Shown: positions 1 to 11,283, numbered from the stretch's first letter. The stretch: 64,000 nucleotides of DNA from Gammaproteobacteria bacterium (GCA_023266095.1 JAHFRV010000009.1:471-64470); one strand, 5' to 3'. The notes: generated from the sequence alone by a model not told the origin. Numbers and translations: made by a program.

Positions 1-629
1 CTCAAACCCACGGTGCTGATTTCGTCCATGCGCTGAGGATCGAAATTGCCGGGCTTGACCATATTGGCCACGCTGAACAGCGGCGACGCGTGCGGGTCTT
101 GTTGGGCGTAATAGTGGTAGATGGACCAGGCGCCCCACTCCAGTCCGGCGCGCGCCATGGCCGCGGCGATGGCCGGGCCGGCGAAACGTTGTCCCTCGGC
201 GGCGATGACATTCAAGGTCACGACGTGTTCGGCCACGTCGGCCAGCCGCGGCGGACTGCGCACGGGCGCGGGCGGCGGCACGGCGGGCGTTACTACGCGC
301 GGCGCGGAGGCCGGTTGCGGTCGCGGCGGCGGCGTGGTGACGTGCACGCGCGGCGCGGGCGGCGGTGTTTCCATCACGGGCTCGTCGATAACCTTGGTGG
401 TGACGGCGCCCCACTTGTCCAACTCGCGTTGCTCGGCCTCGGCGTTGTCGATGGCGAACAGGGGGTCGTACTCGGGCGGCTCAGCGCGGAACCCATCGCT
501 GTGTGAAGGGACGCGCTGGTAAGGCTCGGACGGTAATTCGTTACGACGCCGCAAGCGCAGCCGCGACACCAACACCACGGCGATGATCACCAAACCGATC
601 ACGATCAAAACTAAGCTGACTTTTTCCAT
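1..629 (-). CDS. zipA: Cell division protein ZipA, N-terminal ~209 aa; the gene runs off the window start
   Basis: Own translation from ATG (rc at 627-629): MEKVSLVLIVIGLVIIAVVL TM anchor, basic stretch, Pro-rich linker (PPPAPRVHVTTPPPRPQP...), then LNVIAAEGQRFAGPAI...LFSVANMVKPGNFD typical of the ZipA FtsZ-binding domain. It sits downstream of smc as in many gammaproteobacteria. It is absent from the ORF track because there is no stop in the window. Confidence 0.8.
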   Translation of the reverse strand, partial: MEKVSLVLIVIGLVIIAVVLVSRLRLRRRNELPSEPYQRVPSHSDGFRAEPPEYDPLFAIDNAEAEQRELDKWGAVTTKVIDEPVMETPPPAPRVHVTTPPPRPQPASAPRVVTPAVPPPAPVRSPPRLADVAEHVVTLNVIAAEGQRFAGPAIAAAMARAGLEWGAWSIYHYYAQQDPHASPLFSVANMVKPGNFDPQRMDEISTVGL

Positions 630-649
630 GATAGTTGTCCGCGGGGGCC

Positions 650-3600
650 TTAAGAGGCGGCCGCCATTTCCATGGCTTCATCCACATCCACCGACACCAG
701 GCGCGATACGCCCGGCTCGTGCATGGTGACGCCGATCAATTGCTGGGCGATTTCCATGGTGCCCTTGTTATGGGTGATGTAGATGAACTGCACGCGCTCC
801 GACATCTCCTGCACCATCTTCGAGAAGCGGCCGACGTTGGCGTCGTCGAGCGGCGCGTCCACCTCGTCGAGCATGCAGAACGGCGCGGGATTGAGTTCGA
901 AGATCGAGAACACCAGTGCCACCGCGGTCATCGCCTTCTCGCCGCCCGACAGCAGATGAATGGTGCTATTGCGTTTGCCGGGCGGCCGCGCCATGACGGT
1001 TACGCCGGTTTCGAGAATATTGTCGCCGGTCAATTCCAAATAAGCGTGACCGCCGCCGAACAAGCGAGGGAACATCGCCTGCAAGCCGGCGTTGACCTTA
1101 TCAAAGGTTTCTTGAAAACGTTCCTTGGTTTCTTTGTCGATCTTGTGGATGGCGTTTTCCAGCGTCGCCAGAGCCTCGCTGAGATCGGCGTGTTGGGCGT
1201 CGAGGTAGGTCTTGCGTTCCGATTGTTCGGCGAACTCGTCGATGGCGGCGAGGTTGATGGCGCCCAGCCGTTGAATCTGGCCGGCGATGCGCTCCACTTC
1301 GTCATGCCACACGGTTTCGTTGGCGTCCTGCGGCATTTCGGCCAGCAATTGCTGCAAGTTGTAATCACCCTCGGCCAGTTGTTCTTCCAAGGTCTGACGG
1401 CGCACGCGGATTTCTTGATGGGCCATGCGCAGGCTTTCGAGTTGGGCGCGCACCTCCTGCGATTTGCGTTCGGCCTGGGCGCGCTGCTCCGCCAATTCGC
1501 GTAACAGGTGATCGACCTCGGCCAAGCGCTGGCGCGCGGCGCTGAGCTGCTCGTCCACTTCCATGCGTTTTTGCAGCAGGGCTTCGAGTTCCAGGGCCAT
1601 CTGTTCGATGGGTTCGCCGCCGGCCGCCAGCGCGGAGTTGAGTTCCTCGCGGCGCGCCGAGAGGTGATGCAACTGACCCTGCATTTTTTCCAAGCTATCG
1701 CGGGTCGATTTCAACTGGGTGCGGGCGGTCTCGACCCGCACCGCCACCGCGTGACGGGCCTCGCGGTCGACGCGGGCGCGCTGGCGGATTTCTTCCAAGG
1801 TGCGGCGTTTGTCATCACGTTGCAACACCAATTGTTCGCGTTGCGCGGCGTGGCCTTCAGTCGCCATCAAGGCTTCCTCGAGACGTTCGCGGGCGCCGGC
1901 CATTTCCTCTTCGTCGCCGGCGAGATCGCCGCGCAGAGTCTCGATCTCGCCGCGCAGGCGTTCGCCGCGCGCGCGCATTTGATTGAGCCGCTCCTGTCGC
2001 GCGCTGAACTGGGCCTGCACCTCGGCGCGCTGATTACTCGACTCGCGTACCTGGCTTTGAGTGAGTTCACGGGTTTGTTCGGTCTCGCGCAAAGCGGCCT
2101 GGCTCTGCTCGACTTGGGCCTGGATCCCGGCGATACGCGCCTGGTGCTGCGCAATCTGGCGCTGCAAGGCCTGTAAGGCCTGTTCGCGCACAAGCACACT
2201 GGATTGATCGTCGGGGTTGCGTACCACGCGTAGCCAGCCGTTGCCCAGCCACACGCCGTCACGGGTGATGACCGATTCGCGGCCGCTCAAACGCGGGCGC
2301 AACGTCAATGCCTCGTCCAGATTGGCGGCGAGATAAACACCGCCCAGCAGACCGTCCAAACACCAGGGCGCTTGCACTTTATCCAACAGGCAGGGGGCCT
2401 TCACGCCGCGTGCCGCCGCGGTGACTTCGGCGCGGGTATCGAATAAGGTCACTTCGCCTTGCGAGAGATCGGCCAGCGCGGCGCCGATGTCGGCCAGGCC
2501 GTCGACGCAGACCGCCTCCAAGCCGTAACCCAGCACCGTCTCCACTGCCCGCTCCCAGCCGGATTCGACGGTGATCTTCTGCGCCAGCCGCGCCGCGTCA
2601 TTCAAGCCGCGCGCCGTGAGCCAGGCGTTGACCGCGCCGCCTTCACTCTTGCCGAGCGCCTCTTCCTGCAAGGCTTCGAGCGAGGCGTAACGGCCTTGGG
2701 CGCTTTGCAATTCGGTGCGGACGGTGTTGAGTTCGTTCGAGAGCTGCTGATGGCGCTGGCGTTCCGCCGTGATGCGTTCGACGTGCGACTCGATGCTCTC
2801 CTGCAACTGCTCCAGCACCGCGTCCAACTGTTGCTTGCGTTCGGCGATGCCGTTCAATTCCGCTTCCACGGCCTCGGGGGCTAGGGTGGTCAGCTCCTGT
2901 TCGAGGCGGGTCAGCCGGTCCTGCAATTGGCGGATGTGTTGTTCGAGATGATTGAGGCGGGCCCGCTCGACTTCCGCGGCCTGCAACTGCGCGGCGGCGC
3001 GGGCGTTGAATTCGTCCCAGACCTGCTGCCAGGTGTGCATGGCCTCTTCCGCCTCGTCCAAAGCCAGCGAGGAACGCTCTTCGAGGGCCTGGGTTTCCAG
3101 TAGGCCGTGTTCGTATTCCTGCACCGAGGTGGTGAGTTGTTCGATGAGGGCACCGTCCGCCTGCAAGTGGGCCTGCACTTCGCCCCAGGCCTTTTCCACC
3201 TCGCGCAGTTCGCGGTGCTGTTGTTCGCGGGTGTCCTTGGCGTGCTGGATGGCCTGTTCCAGACGGGCGATCTCGGCGCCGGTCTCGTAGGCCTTGCCCT
3301 GCACCTTGTTGAAGGCATCGCTTTCTTCGATGTGCTGCTCGCGCTGGCGCTCGATATTGGCCTCGACGTTGCGCAGCACCGCCACCTCGGCTTCGAGCTG
3401 GGTCTCGAGGCTGAGTATCTGCCGCTCGCGCTGGGCCGCGTCATTGTTGAGGGTAGACCAGCGCAGGGCCTGCAACTGGCCCTTCAATATCCGCTCTTGT
3501 TGCTTAAGTTCCTTGTAACGTTCGGCGATCTTGGCCTGGCGGCCCAGGGTTTGAATGCGTTTCTCAAGTTCGTCGCGTAGGTCGTTAATGCGGTTGAGGT

Positions 3601-4189
3601 TATCATGGGTGTGGCGCATGCGGGTCTCGGTCTCGCGGCGCCGCTCTTTGTATTTGGAAATGCCCGCGGCCTCTTCGAGGAAGATACGCAGTTCGTCGGG
3701 CTTGGCCTCGATCAGCCGGGAAATGGTGCCCTGCTCGATAATGGCGTAGCTGCGCGGGCCGAGGCCCGTGCCGAGAAAAATATCCGTGATGTCCTTGCGC
3801 CGGCAGCGGGTGCCGTTAAGGAAATAAATCGACTGACCGTCGCGGGAGACCTGGCGCTTGACGGCGATTTCCGCGTAGGACGCGTATTGGCCGCCGAGGC
3901 CGCCGTCGCTGTTGTCGAACACCAGCTCGACGAAGGCGTGGCCCACCGGTTTGCGGCCGGTGGAGCCGTTGAAAATGACGTCGGCCATGGAGTCGCCGCG
4001 CAGGTTTTTGGCCGAGCTTTCGCCCATCACCCAGCGCACGGCGTCGATCACATTCGACTTGCCGCAACCGTTGGGCCCGACGATGCCCACCAGGTTGCTG
4101 GGCAGGGGCACGGTGGTGGGATCGACAAAGGATTTAAATCCGGACAATTTAATTTTTTTCAGCCGCATAGCGTCTCTACGTAATGTCAA
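650..4189 (-). CDS. smc: Chromosome partition protein Smc
   Basis: 1179 aa. N-terminal Walker A ([20 protein letters not shown]...[20 protein letters not shown]), long coiled-coil arms, and C-terminal signature/Walker B ([40 protein letters not shown]). Confidence 0.95.
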   Translation of the reverse strand: MTLRRDAMRLKKIKLSGFKSFVDPTTVPLPSNLVGIVGPNGCGKSNVIDAVRWVMGESSAKNLRGDSMADVIFNGSTGRKPVGHAFVELVFDNSDGGLGGQYASYAEIAVKRQVSRDGQSIYFLNGTRCRRKDITDIFLGTGLGPRSYAIIEQGTISRLIEAKPDELRIFLEEAAGISKYKERRRETETRMRHTHDNLNRINDLRDELEKRIQTLGRQAKIAERYKELKQQERILKGQLQALRWSTLNNDAAQRERQILSLETQLEAEVAVLRNVEANIERQREQHIEESDAFNKVQGKAYETGAEIARLEQAIQHAKDTREQQHRELREVEKAWGEVQAHLQADGALIEQLTTSVQEYEHGLLETQALEERSSLALDEAEEAMHTWQQVWDEFNARAAAQLQAAEVERARLNHLEQHIRQLQDRLTRLEQELTTLAPEAVEAELNGIAERKQQLDAVLEQLQESIESHVERITAERQRHQQLSNELNTVRTELQSAQGRYASLEALQEEALGKSEGGAVNAWLTARGLNDAARLAQKITVESGWERAVETVLGYGLEAVCVDGLADIGAALADLSQGEVTLFDTRAEVTAAARGVKAPCLLDKVQAPWCLDGLLGGVYLAANLDEALTLRPRLSGRESVITRDGVWLGNGWLRVVRNPDDQSSVLVREQALQALQRQIAQHQARIAGIQAQVEQSQAALRETEQTRELTQSQVRESSNQRAEVQAQFSARQERLNQMRARGERLRGEIETLRGDLAGDEEEMAGARERLEEALMATEGHAAQREQLVLQRDDKRRTLEEIRQRARVDREARHAVAVRVETARTQLKSTRDSLEKMQGQLHHLSARREELNSALAAGGEPIEQMALELEALLQKRMEVDEQLSAARQRLAEVDHLLRELAEQRAQAERKSQEVRAQLESLRMAHQEIRVRRQTLEEQLAEGDYNLQQLLAEMPQDANETVWHDEVERIAGQIQRLGAINLAAIDEFAEQSERKTYLDAQHADLSEALATLENAIHKIDKETKERFQETFDKVNAGLQAMFPRLFGGGHAYLELTGDNILETGVTVMARPPGKRNSTIHLLSGGEKAMTAVALVFSIFELNPAPFCMLDEVDAPLDDANVGRFSKMVQEMSERVQFIYITHNKGTMEIAQQLIGVTMHEPGVSRLVSVDVDEAMEMAAAS

Positions 4190-4261
4190 AATTCAGAAAT
4201 GGGTCTTCATGGCCGGGCGCGGATACGGTATCTTATCCGCCCCTTTGATCGAGTGAAAACC

Positions 4262-4651
4262 ATGCCATCCCAAGCAAGCAAGGAACTGGAAACGTTCGCC
4301 AACCCCAACCCCGGACGGGACTATACTATACGCATCCGGGTGCCCGAGTTCACCTGTTTATGCCCCAAGACCGGCCAGCCGGATTTCGCCACGTTGTACC
4401 TCGATTACGTGCCCGACCGGCAGTGCGTCGAGCTGAAATCCCTCAAGCTTTACGTGTGGTCGTTCCGCAACGAAGGCGCCTTCCACGAGGCGGTCACCAA
4501 CCGGATCCTCGATGACCTGGTGCGGGCCACCGCGCCGCGTTTCATGCGCCTCACCGCCGAATTCGGCGTGCGTGGCGGCATTTACACCAACATCATCGCC
4601 GAGCACCGCGACCCGACCTGGGCCCCGCCGGTGCCTGTCCAGCTGCCTTGA
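4262..4651 (+). CDS. queF: NADPH-dependent 7-cyano-7-deazaguanine (preQ0) reductase QueF, short YkvM type
   Basis: [12 protein letters not shown]...[23 protein letters not shown]...[16 protein letters not shown] matches the QueF catalytic Cys/E(S/L)K(S/A)hK(L/Y)(Y/F/W) motif region. The start was chosen at the internal ATG of ORF 4199..4651. Confidence 0.85.
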   Translation: MPSQASKELETFANPNPGRDYTIRIRVPEFTCLCPKTGQPDFATLYLDYVPDRQCVELKSLKLYVWSFRNEGAFHEAVTNRILDDLVRATAPRFMRLTAEFGVRGGIYTNIIAEHRDPTWAPPVPVQLP

Positions 4652-4976
4652 GGAAAGTCGAACCTTCCGGTGATACTGCAAACGGCGACTGAATTCGGCA
4701 CGGCGCAACTCGCTCGGGCGCAATCCTTAAACCCTAGTGAGGGGTTAGCCGGCACGCGACGCGCACGGCTGCGAGACAATGGATAAATGAGTGTCTTGCG
4801 ATGGCCGGGGCATCGCGCTTACAGGCGGCGAATCTCTCAAGGATAAACCGACCTGTATTTGCATACGTAGAGCACACGACACATCAGCAATGTGTAAAAT
4901 CCTCCGGCGGTATGATAAACATATCGGGCCCTGCCCCTTCGCTGTATGTTTGATTAACAACTCCCGAGGAAAATCC

Positions 4977-5414
4977 ATGAAAAAAAATCACAGTGTCATC
5001 GTCCTCTGCGCATACTTGGCATTCGCCAACTCCGGCTACGCGGCCTCGGTCGCCCCCGAAGCCGCCAAAGCCTACATCATTTCTCCCACCAACGGCGCAA
5101 CGGTCACCAGCCCCGTGACCGTGTTGTTTGGTTTGAGCAATATGGGCGTGGCACCGGCCGGCGTGGAGCAGGCCAATACCGGCCACCATCATTTATTGAT
5201 CGACGTGGATGAACTGCCGCCACTGGATCAAGCTTTGCCTAAAGACAACCAACACCGTCATTTCGGCGGCGGCCAGACCGAGACTCGCCTCGAACTCTCG
5301 CCGGGCACACACACCCTGCAACTGATCTTGGGCGACCATCAGCATCTGCCGCACACGCCGCCGGTCCTCTCGGAAAAAATCACCATCACCGTCGCACCGG
5401 GTGAGAAAAAATAA
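4977..5414 (+). CDS. Secreted His-rich small protein (DUF4399-like)
   Basis: Signal peptide MKKNHSVIVLCAYLAFANSGYA; motifs TGHHHLLIDVDELPP and LGDHQHLPHTPP resemble the DUF4399 periplasmic family. The start was chosen at the internal ATG of ORF 4791..5414. Confidence 0.5.
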   Translation: MKKNHSVIVLCAYLAFANSGYAASVAPEAAKAYIISPTNGATVTSPVTVLFGLSNMGVAPAGVEQANTGHHHLLIDVDELPPLDQALPKDNQHRHFGGGQTETRLELSPGTHTLQLILGDHQHLPHTPPVLSEKITITVAPGEKK

Positions 5415-5500
5415 TCCCATCCCGCCATATCGAGCGACGCGCCTCGCACCTGGACGCGCGTCACGAATGATGGAGCGATCCACACGTCCATGAGACATCG

Positions 5501-6940
5501 GTGAACCGGCACAGCCACGGCAGGGGTCTTTATCTCGCTATCGATCAAGGCGGTCACGCCAGCCGTGCCATCCTGTTCGATCAAAGCGGCAAGAACGTGG
5601 CTCACGCCGTCGTACCGGTAGCCACGCATCATCCCGCGCCACGACGCGTGGAACATGACGCCGAAGAAATGGCGGCCTCGGTGCGGGAAGTTATCGCCGC
5701 GGCGGTCGGGCAAGTTGATGACAGCATTCCCATCATCGCGGCGGGATTGGCCACCCAGCGTTCCAGCGTCGTGTGTTGGGACAGACGTGACGGCCGCGCC
5801 CTGTCGCCTGTCCTCAGCTGGCAAGACCGCCGCATGGCCGATTGGCTGACCGGCTTTTCCCACGCCGAGTCCGTGATTCAACAACGCACAGGTTTGATTC
5901 TTTCCCCCCACTATGGGGCCAGCAAACTGCGATGGTGTCTGGATCAGCTGCCCGCGGTGCAGACGGCGTTGAGGGAAGAGCGATTGGCCGCCGGCCCCTT
6001 GGCCAGTTTTCTGGTGGCGCGTTTGACGGTAGAAGGCCACATCCTTGCCGATCCCGCCAACGCCTCGCGTACCTTGTTATTCAATCTGGCGACCGCGGAC
6101 TGGGATCCCGAACTACTGGGTTTATTCGGCATCCCCGCCGCCGCCTTACCCACCTGCGTAGCCAGCCGGCACCCGTTCGGCCACCTCGTGGTAGGCCAGC
6201 ACCGTATCCCACTCATCATCGTGACCGGCGATCAATCCGCGGCCCTCTTCGGTTTTGGTCCTCTAGCGTCCGACACCGTGCTTATCAACCTCGGCACCGG
6301 CGCCTTCATCCAACGGCCCATCGCGATTCGCCCCGCGCCTTCGCGCCTACTCAACAGTCTCGTTTACGCCGACGCGGATACGCGCACCTATGTTTTAGAG
6401 GGCACGGTCAACGGCGCCGGCAGCGCCCTGACTTGGGCCGCTGATCAACTGCACATCAGCGATGCTGAAATCACCGCCGGCTTACCCGCTTGGTTGGCGC
6501 AAGCGTCATCACCACCGCTGTTCATCAACGCTGTCGCCGGCCTGGGCAGCCCCTATTGGCGGCCGGAACTCGTTTCTTATTTTGTAGGCGAAGGCGGCAG
6601 CGCGGCCAAGCTGGTAGCGGTGATCGAGAGCATAGTATTTTTGCTACAGGTCAACTTGCAACTGATGGCCGAGATCACCACAAAACCGGCCGCAACCCTC
6701 ATCGTGAGCGGCGGCCTTGCCCGGCTGGACGGCCTCTGCCAGCGTCTCGCCGATCTCAACGGCATCACGGTCATGCGTCCGGAACACGTCGAAGCCACCG
6801 CACGGGGTTTGGCCCTGCTGATGGCCGGCCCATCTTCGTTATTCAATGCACCCAGTAAAGCAAAGTCTTTCATGCCGGTGGCGAATAAAGCGCTACAACT
6901 ACGGTATCAATACTGGCGAAAAGAATTAGAGCGGGCATAG
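5501..6940 (+). CDS. FGGY-family carbohydrate kinase (glycerol kinase / xylulokinase-like)
   Basis: 479 aa. N-terminal LAIDQGGHASRAILFD sugar-kinase phosphate-1 motif, ...VCWDRRDG...LSWQDRR... and C-terminal GGLARL motif typical of FGGY kinases. Confidence 0.7.
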   Translation: MNRHSHGRGLYLAIDQGGHASRAILFDQSGKNVAHAVVPVATHHPAPRRVEHDAEEMAASVREVIAAAVGQVDDSIPIIAAGLATQRSSVVCWDRRDGRALSPVLSWQDRRMADWLTGFSHAESVIQQRTGLILSPHYGASKLRWCLDQLPAVQTALREERLAAGPLASFLVARLTVEGHILADPANASRTLLFNLATADWDPELLGLFGIPAAALPTCVASRHPFGHLVVGQHRIPLIIVTGDQSAALFGFGPLASDTVLINLGTGAFIQRPIAIRPAPSRLLNSLVYADADTRTYVLEGTVNGAGSALTWAADQLHISDAEITAGLPAWLAQASSPPLFINAVAGLGSPYWRPELVSYFVGEGGSAAKLVAVIESIVFLLQVNLQLMAEITTKPAATLIVSGGLARLDGLCQRLADLNGITVMRPEHVEATARGLALLMAGPSSLFNAPSKAKSFMPVANKALQLRYQYWRKELERA

Positions 6941-7136
6941 CCGTGTGGTGGCTAGCCAACGTTTCATTCGATGAAGTGAGATCAGCGTGACCTTCCAACC
7001 AACTATTTTTATCCTCCTCCTCTCGCGACAGTTGCACCCCTTCTAAAGCGAATGCCGCTGTACGAATTAATACATTGCCAACCCGGCTATATAAGGTTAC
7101 ATTTTTTGGCGAGTATCACAGAAGAAAGGACTCGGC

Positions 7137-7895
7137 ATGGAGATACCACAGCTTGTCGCCCACCGCGGTTATCCGCGCCGCTACCCGGAGAACACGCTGG
7201 AGAGCATCAGCGCGGCCATCGCCGCGGGCGCCTGCTATGTTGAATTCGACGTGCAGATGACCGCCGACGGCGTACCGGTACTGCTCCACGACGAAAGCCT
7301 GATGCGCACCACCGGCACCCGCGGCCGCATCGTCAACACCAAACTGGAAAAACTGGCGGAGCTCTCCGCCAATGAACCGAAACGCTTCGGCACCCGCTAC
7401 CGCGGCCTCACCATCCCCACCTTGGCGGCGGCGGTGGAGCTGTTCCGCCAGCATCCCCGCGTCACACCCTTCGTGGAAATCAAGGAAGAAAGCCTGGAAG
7501 CCCATGGCCGCGAGAAAGTCGTCAAAACCATCCTCGCTATTCTTGCACCGCTCAAATCGCGCTTCGTAATCATCTCCTATGACACTCTGTCACTGCGCAC
7601 CGCCCGCGCCATGGGTGCCAAACGCATCGGCTGGGTGCTGCGGGCTTGGAATGAAGAATCGCGTGCCAAGGCCACCGAGCTGGTGCCGGATTACCTCATC
7701 TGCAATTACACCAAACTCCCCAAGAATGAGGCCGAGCCTTTATGGTTCGGTCCTTGGAAATGGATGTTCTACGAAGTCACCCATGTCCGCCTGGCCTTGC
7801 AATTGGCGCAACGGGGCGCAGCCTTGATCGAAACCATGGCCATCGGTGAAATGCTCAAAAACCCGCAACTCCGCAGCGGCGCATGTCTTGACTGA
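7137..7895 (+). CDS. Glycerophosphodiester phosphodiesterase (GDPD) family protein
   Basis: VAHRGYPRRYPENTLESISAAIAAGACYVEFDVQMTADGVPVLLHDESL is the canonical GDPD HR(G)...E-D...HD active-site region. Confidence 0.8.
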   Translation: MEIPQLVAHRGYPRRYPENTLESISAAIAAGACYVEFDVQMTADGVPVLLHDESLMRTTGTRGRIVNTKLEKLAELSANEPKRFGTRYRGLTIPTLAAAVELFRQHPRVTPFVEIKEESLEAHGREKVVKTILAILAPLKSRFVIISYDTLSLRTARAMGAKRIGWVLRAWNEESRAKATELVPDYLICNYTKLPKNEAEPLWFGPWKWMFYEVTHVRLALQLAQRGAALIETMAIGEMLKNPQLRSGACLD

Positions 7896-9063
7896 GCGTT
7901 ACGATCTGGCGGTCATCGGCGGCGGGATTCACGGCGCAGGGGTTGCACAGGCCGCCGCCGCTCATGGTTATTCGGTGTTGGTACTCGAACAAACCGCGTT
8001 GGCGGCGGGCACTTCCAGCCGTTCCAGCAAATTGATACATGGCGGCCTGCGTTATCTGGAGAGCGGCCATTTCAAGCTAGTCCGCGAATGCCTGCAAGAG
8101 CGAGCGCTGTTGCTGACGCTGGCCCCCGACCTGGTACGGATGCGGTCGTTTTATTTACCCCTGTACCGTCACACCCGCCGCAGTCCCTGGCAAATCCGTA
8201 TTGGCTTAAGCCTCTACACGCTCCTCGCCGGCTTGGCTAAGGACACGTTATTCCGCTCCGTGCCGCGACGGGAATGGGAGGGTCTCGATGGTTTGAATAC
8301 CGATGACTTGCGCGCCGTGTATTGTTACCCCGATGCCCAAACTGATGACGCCGCCCTCACCCACGCGGTGATGCGGTCGGCGTTGAGTTTAGGCGCGCGG
8401 CTCGAGGCCCCCGCCCGCATCCAACAGGCCGAATGCGGCGACGATGGCGTCACGCTGCATTATCACGACAGCCAGCCGCGGCAATGCCAGGTCCGGGTGC
8501 TGGTGAATGCCGCGGGTCCTTGGGCCAATGATGTACTGAGGCGAGTGCGTCCCTCGCCGCCTCATTGCACTGTGGATCTGGTACAAGGCACCCATATCCT
8601 GGTGCCCGGCCAGCTCCGGCGCGGCATTTATTACCTGGAAGCACCGCGCGACCGCCGCGCGGTGTTCGTGATGCCTTGGCGCGATGCCACGTTAGTCGGC
8701 ACCACTGAGACCGTGTATCGCGGCGACCCCGCGCAAGTGCGACCCCTGCCCGCCGAGATCGATTATCTCTGGGAGACTCTGGCCCATTACTTCCCGCAGC
8801 ACCGGCAAGATGAACGACAGCTGCTGGACAGCTTCGCCGGACTGCGGGTGTTGCCCGCCCGTCCCGGCGCGCCCTTCAGCCGTTCACGGGAAACCATCTT
8901 GCTGCCCGACCGGGAACACCGGCCGCGGGTACTGACGATTTACGGCGGCAAACTCACCGCCTATCGCGCCACCGCCGCCGCGGTGATGACGCGATTGCTA
9001 CCCTCACTACCGGACAGAACACCGATCGCCGACACCCGCAGCTTGCCCCTGCACCCTGCCTAA
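7888..9063 (+). CDS. FAD-dependent glycerol-3-phosphate dehydrogenase/oxidase-like oxidoreductase
   Basis: YDLAVIGGGIHGAGVAQAAAAHGYSVLVLEQ (GxGxxG FAD fold), then SSRSSKLIHGGLRYLE as in GlpD/GlpO. The start is uncertain (TTG at 7888 or upstream in ORF 7846..9063) and it overlaps the GDPD gene end. Confidence 0.65.
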   Translation: MTERYDLAVIGGGIHGAGVAQAAAAHGYSVLVLEQTALAAGTSSRSSKLIHGGLRYLESGHFKLVRECLQERALLLTLAPDLVRMRSFYLPLYRHTRRSPWQIRIGLSLYTLLAGLAKDTLFRSVPRREWEGLDGLNTDDLRAVYCYPDAQTDDAALTHAVMRSALSLGARLEAPARIQQAECGDDGVTLHYHDSQPRQCQVRVLVNAAGPWANDVLRRVRPSPPHCTVDLVQGTHILVPGQLRRGIYYLEAPRDRRAVFVMPWRDATLVGTTETVYRGDPAQVRPLPAEIDYLWETLAHYFPQHRQDERQLLDSFAGLRVLPARPGAPFSRSRETILLPDREHRPRVLTIYGGKLTAYRATAAAVMTRLLPSLPDRTPIADTRSLPLHPA

Positions 9064-9284
9064 TCGCCGTCCGCGCCCGGTTGGTTTAGCGGGCTCAAGC
9101 CGCTACTCAGGCATCACAGAGTAGACGAAACGCCTTACTTTGCGACTTCTGAGTAAACACGGTGATTTACCTGCCCCACCCTGTCCCGCTCGCTGCACAG
9201 GGAGCGGAAACGTAGCGGAAAGTGTAGCCCTATTTACTGACTTATGAGTAACATGGGCGGCTTCAGTCCCTACCAGAGAATGCC

Positions 9285-11258
9285 ATGAAAAGCCTGTGGA
9301 ACGATCACGACGCCGCGCAATTCACCGATGAACTGGGCCTGCGCGTCTACACCTCCCGCCTGCTGGGTCGCGACCCCTCGCTGGTGCTGCACGGCGGCGG
9401 CAACACTTCGGTGAAAATCACGCGGAAAAATATTCTGGGTGAGGAAGAAGAAATACTTTACGTCAAAGGCAGCGGCTGGGATCTCGAGACCATCGATCGC
9501 GCCGGCTTCGCGCCCGTGCGCATGAAGCATCTGCTGGCGCTCGCGCAACTCGAACGGCTGTCCGATCCCGAAATGGTCAACGAATTGCGCACCAACACCA
9601 TCGACGCCGCCGCGCCCACGCCTTCGGTGGAAGCGATACTGCACGCCGTGCTGCCGCACAAATACGTGGACCATACCCATTCCGATACCCTGGTTACTGT
9701 CACCAACACCGAACGCGGCCTGGAACGCATCAAAGAGATTTACGGCGATAGTGTGGTCATCATCCCTTACGTTATGCCCGGCTTCGACCTCGCGCGTGAC
9801 TGCGCGCTGCGTTTCGCCCGCGATACCGGCGCCAATACCATCGGCATGGTACTGCTCAATCACGGTATCTTCTCCTTCGGCGCCACGGCGCGCGAGTCGT
9901 ACGAACGCATGATCGCGCTGGTCGATCGCGCTGAACGTTACCTCCAAAATCAAAATGCCTGGACGTTTTCATTGCCGCCCGCAAAACCGGCGCCGCAATC
10001 ATTACACCGCGAGCTCGCGGCCCTGCGCGCGCAACTCTCCAAACAGGCCGGTACACCACTGATCGTGAGCTGGCAGGACGATGAAAAAAGCCGGGCCTTC
10101 GCCGCCCATCCCGAGGTCGCACGCCTCGCCCAGCAGGGACCGGCGACGCCCGATCACGTCATCCGCACCAAACGCCTGCCGCTGATCGGCCGCGACATCG
10201 ACGGCTACGTGAGCGCCTATCGCGATTATTTCAACACGCATGCACCGGCGGCGCGCGAACCCAAGACCCTACTCGATCCCACGCCACGGGTGATCCTCGA
10301 CCAGGAATGGGGCATGGCCGCCGTCGGCCACACCGCCAGGGACGCCGCCATCGTCCGTGACATCTACGACCACACCATCGACGTGATCCTGCGCGCCGAG
10401 GCGCTCGGCGGTTACCGCGCCCTCTCCGCCCGCGATTTGTTCGACATGGAATACTGGGATCTCGAACAAGCCAAACTGCGCAAGGGCGGCAAGCCGCCCA
10501 TGTTCACCGGCGAAGTCGCGCTGGTCACCGGCGCGGCTTCGGGCATCGGCAAAGCCTGCGTCGAATCGTTGCTCGCGCGCGGCGCGGCGGTAGTGGGCAT
10601 CGACATCGATCCCGCCATCACGGGCTTACACAACAAACCGACGTTTCGCGGCCTGATAGGCGACGTCACCGACGACACGCAACTCGCCGCCGCACTGGAA
10701 ACGACGGTACACGCTTACGGCGGACTCGACATGCTGATCCTCAATGCCGGGGTGTTCCCGCCCGGCCGCCGTATCGAGGCGCTCACCCTAGAGGAATGGC
10801 AGCGGGTGCTACGCATCAATCTCGACGCCAATCTGGTGCTGCTGCGCGAAGCCCATCCTTTATTGAAACAGGCGCCGCGCGGCGGCCGGGTGGTGGTGAT
10901 CGGTTCGAAGAACGTGCCGGCACCGGGGCCGGGCGCGGCGGCCTATTCGGCTTCCAAGGCCGCGCTCAATCAACTCGCGCGGGTCGCGGCCCTGGAATGG
11001 GGCGGCGACGGCATCCGCATCAACAGCCTGCACCCCAACGCGGTATTCGATACTGGCCTGTGGACCGACGAGGTATTGCGCGCGCGCGCCGCCCATTACG
11101 GGATGAGCGTCGAACACTACAAAACCAACAACGTGCTGAAAGTAGAAGTGCGCAGCCGCGACGTCGCCGAACTCGCGGCAGAAATGTGCGGCTCGCTGTT
11201 TGCCAAGACCACCGGCGCGCAGCTACCGGTAGACGGCGGTAATGACAGGGTGATTTGA
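9285..11258 (+). CDS. Bifunctional class II aldolase (rhamnulose-1-phosphate aldolase-like) / short-chain dehydrogenase
   Basis: 657 aa. The N-terminal half is a class II aldolase/adducin domain (LHGGGNTSVK...HTHSDTLVTV). The C-terminal half is an SDR (TGAASGIGKA Rossmann motif, NAGV, YSASKAAL catalytic YxxxK). Confidence 0.8.
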   Translation: MKSLWNDHDAAQFTDELGLRVYTSRLLGRDPSLVLHGGGNTSVKITRKNILGEEEEILYVKGSGWDLETIDRAGFAPVRMKHLLALAQLERLSDPEMVNELRTNTIDAAAPTPSVEAILHAVLPHKYVDHTHSDTLVTVTNTERGLERIKEIYGDSVVIIPYVMPGFDLARDCALRFARDTGANTIGMVLLNHGIFSFGATARESYERMIALVDRAERYLQNQNAWTFSLPPAKPAPQSLHRELAALRAQLSKQAGTPLIVSWQDDEKSRAFAAHPEVARLAQQGPATPDHVIRTKRLPLIGRDIDGYVSAYRDYFNTHAPAAREPKTLLDPTPRVILDQEWGMAAVGHTARDAAIVRDIYDHTIDVILRAEALGGYRALSARDLFDMEYWDLEQAKLRKGGKPPMFTGEVALVTGAASGIGKACVESLLARGAAVVGIDIDPAITGLHNKPTFRGLIGDVTDDTQLAAALETTVHAYGGLDMLILNAGVFPPGRRIEALTLEEWQRVLRINLDANLVLLREAHPLLKQAPRGGRVVVIGSKNVPAPGPGAAAYSASKAALNQLARVAALEWGGDGIRINSLHPNAVFDTGLWTDEVLRARAAHYGMSVEHYKTNNVLKVEVRSRDVAELAAEMCGSLFAKTTGAQLPVDGGNDRVI

Positions 11259-11283
11259 CCTGGCTTGACGTTGCCGAACGCTC

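Noticed and set aside
635-4189. Many long antisense/alternate-frame ORFs inside smc (e.g. 635..1504 +, 1508..2176 +, 3605..4183 +). Similar shadow ORFs lie within lon, lhr, pheT, thrS and the ABC genes.
   Set aside because: Typical high-GC shadow ORFs: no recognisable protein features, they completely overlap strongly supported genes, and they have biased low-complexity Arg/Ala/Gly composition.
4190-4261. Possible preQ1 riboswitch upstream of queF.
   Set aside because: The 72-nt leader has a small hairpin (ggata...tatcc) but lacks the conserved preQ1-I loop CCC and A-rich pseudoknot tail arrangement. Nothing convincing.
7846-7887. ATG-less N-terminal extension (MKCSKTRNSAAAHV) of the G3P-dehydrogenase-like ORF as called by the ORF track.
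   Set aside because: It overlaps the last 50 nt of the GDPD gene, and the FAD-binding beta-alpha-beta fold starts at YDLAVIGGG. An internal TTG/GTG start just upstream of that motif is more plausible.
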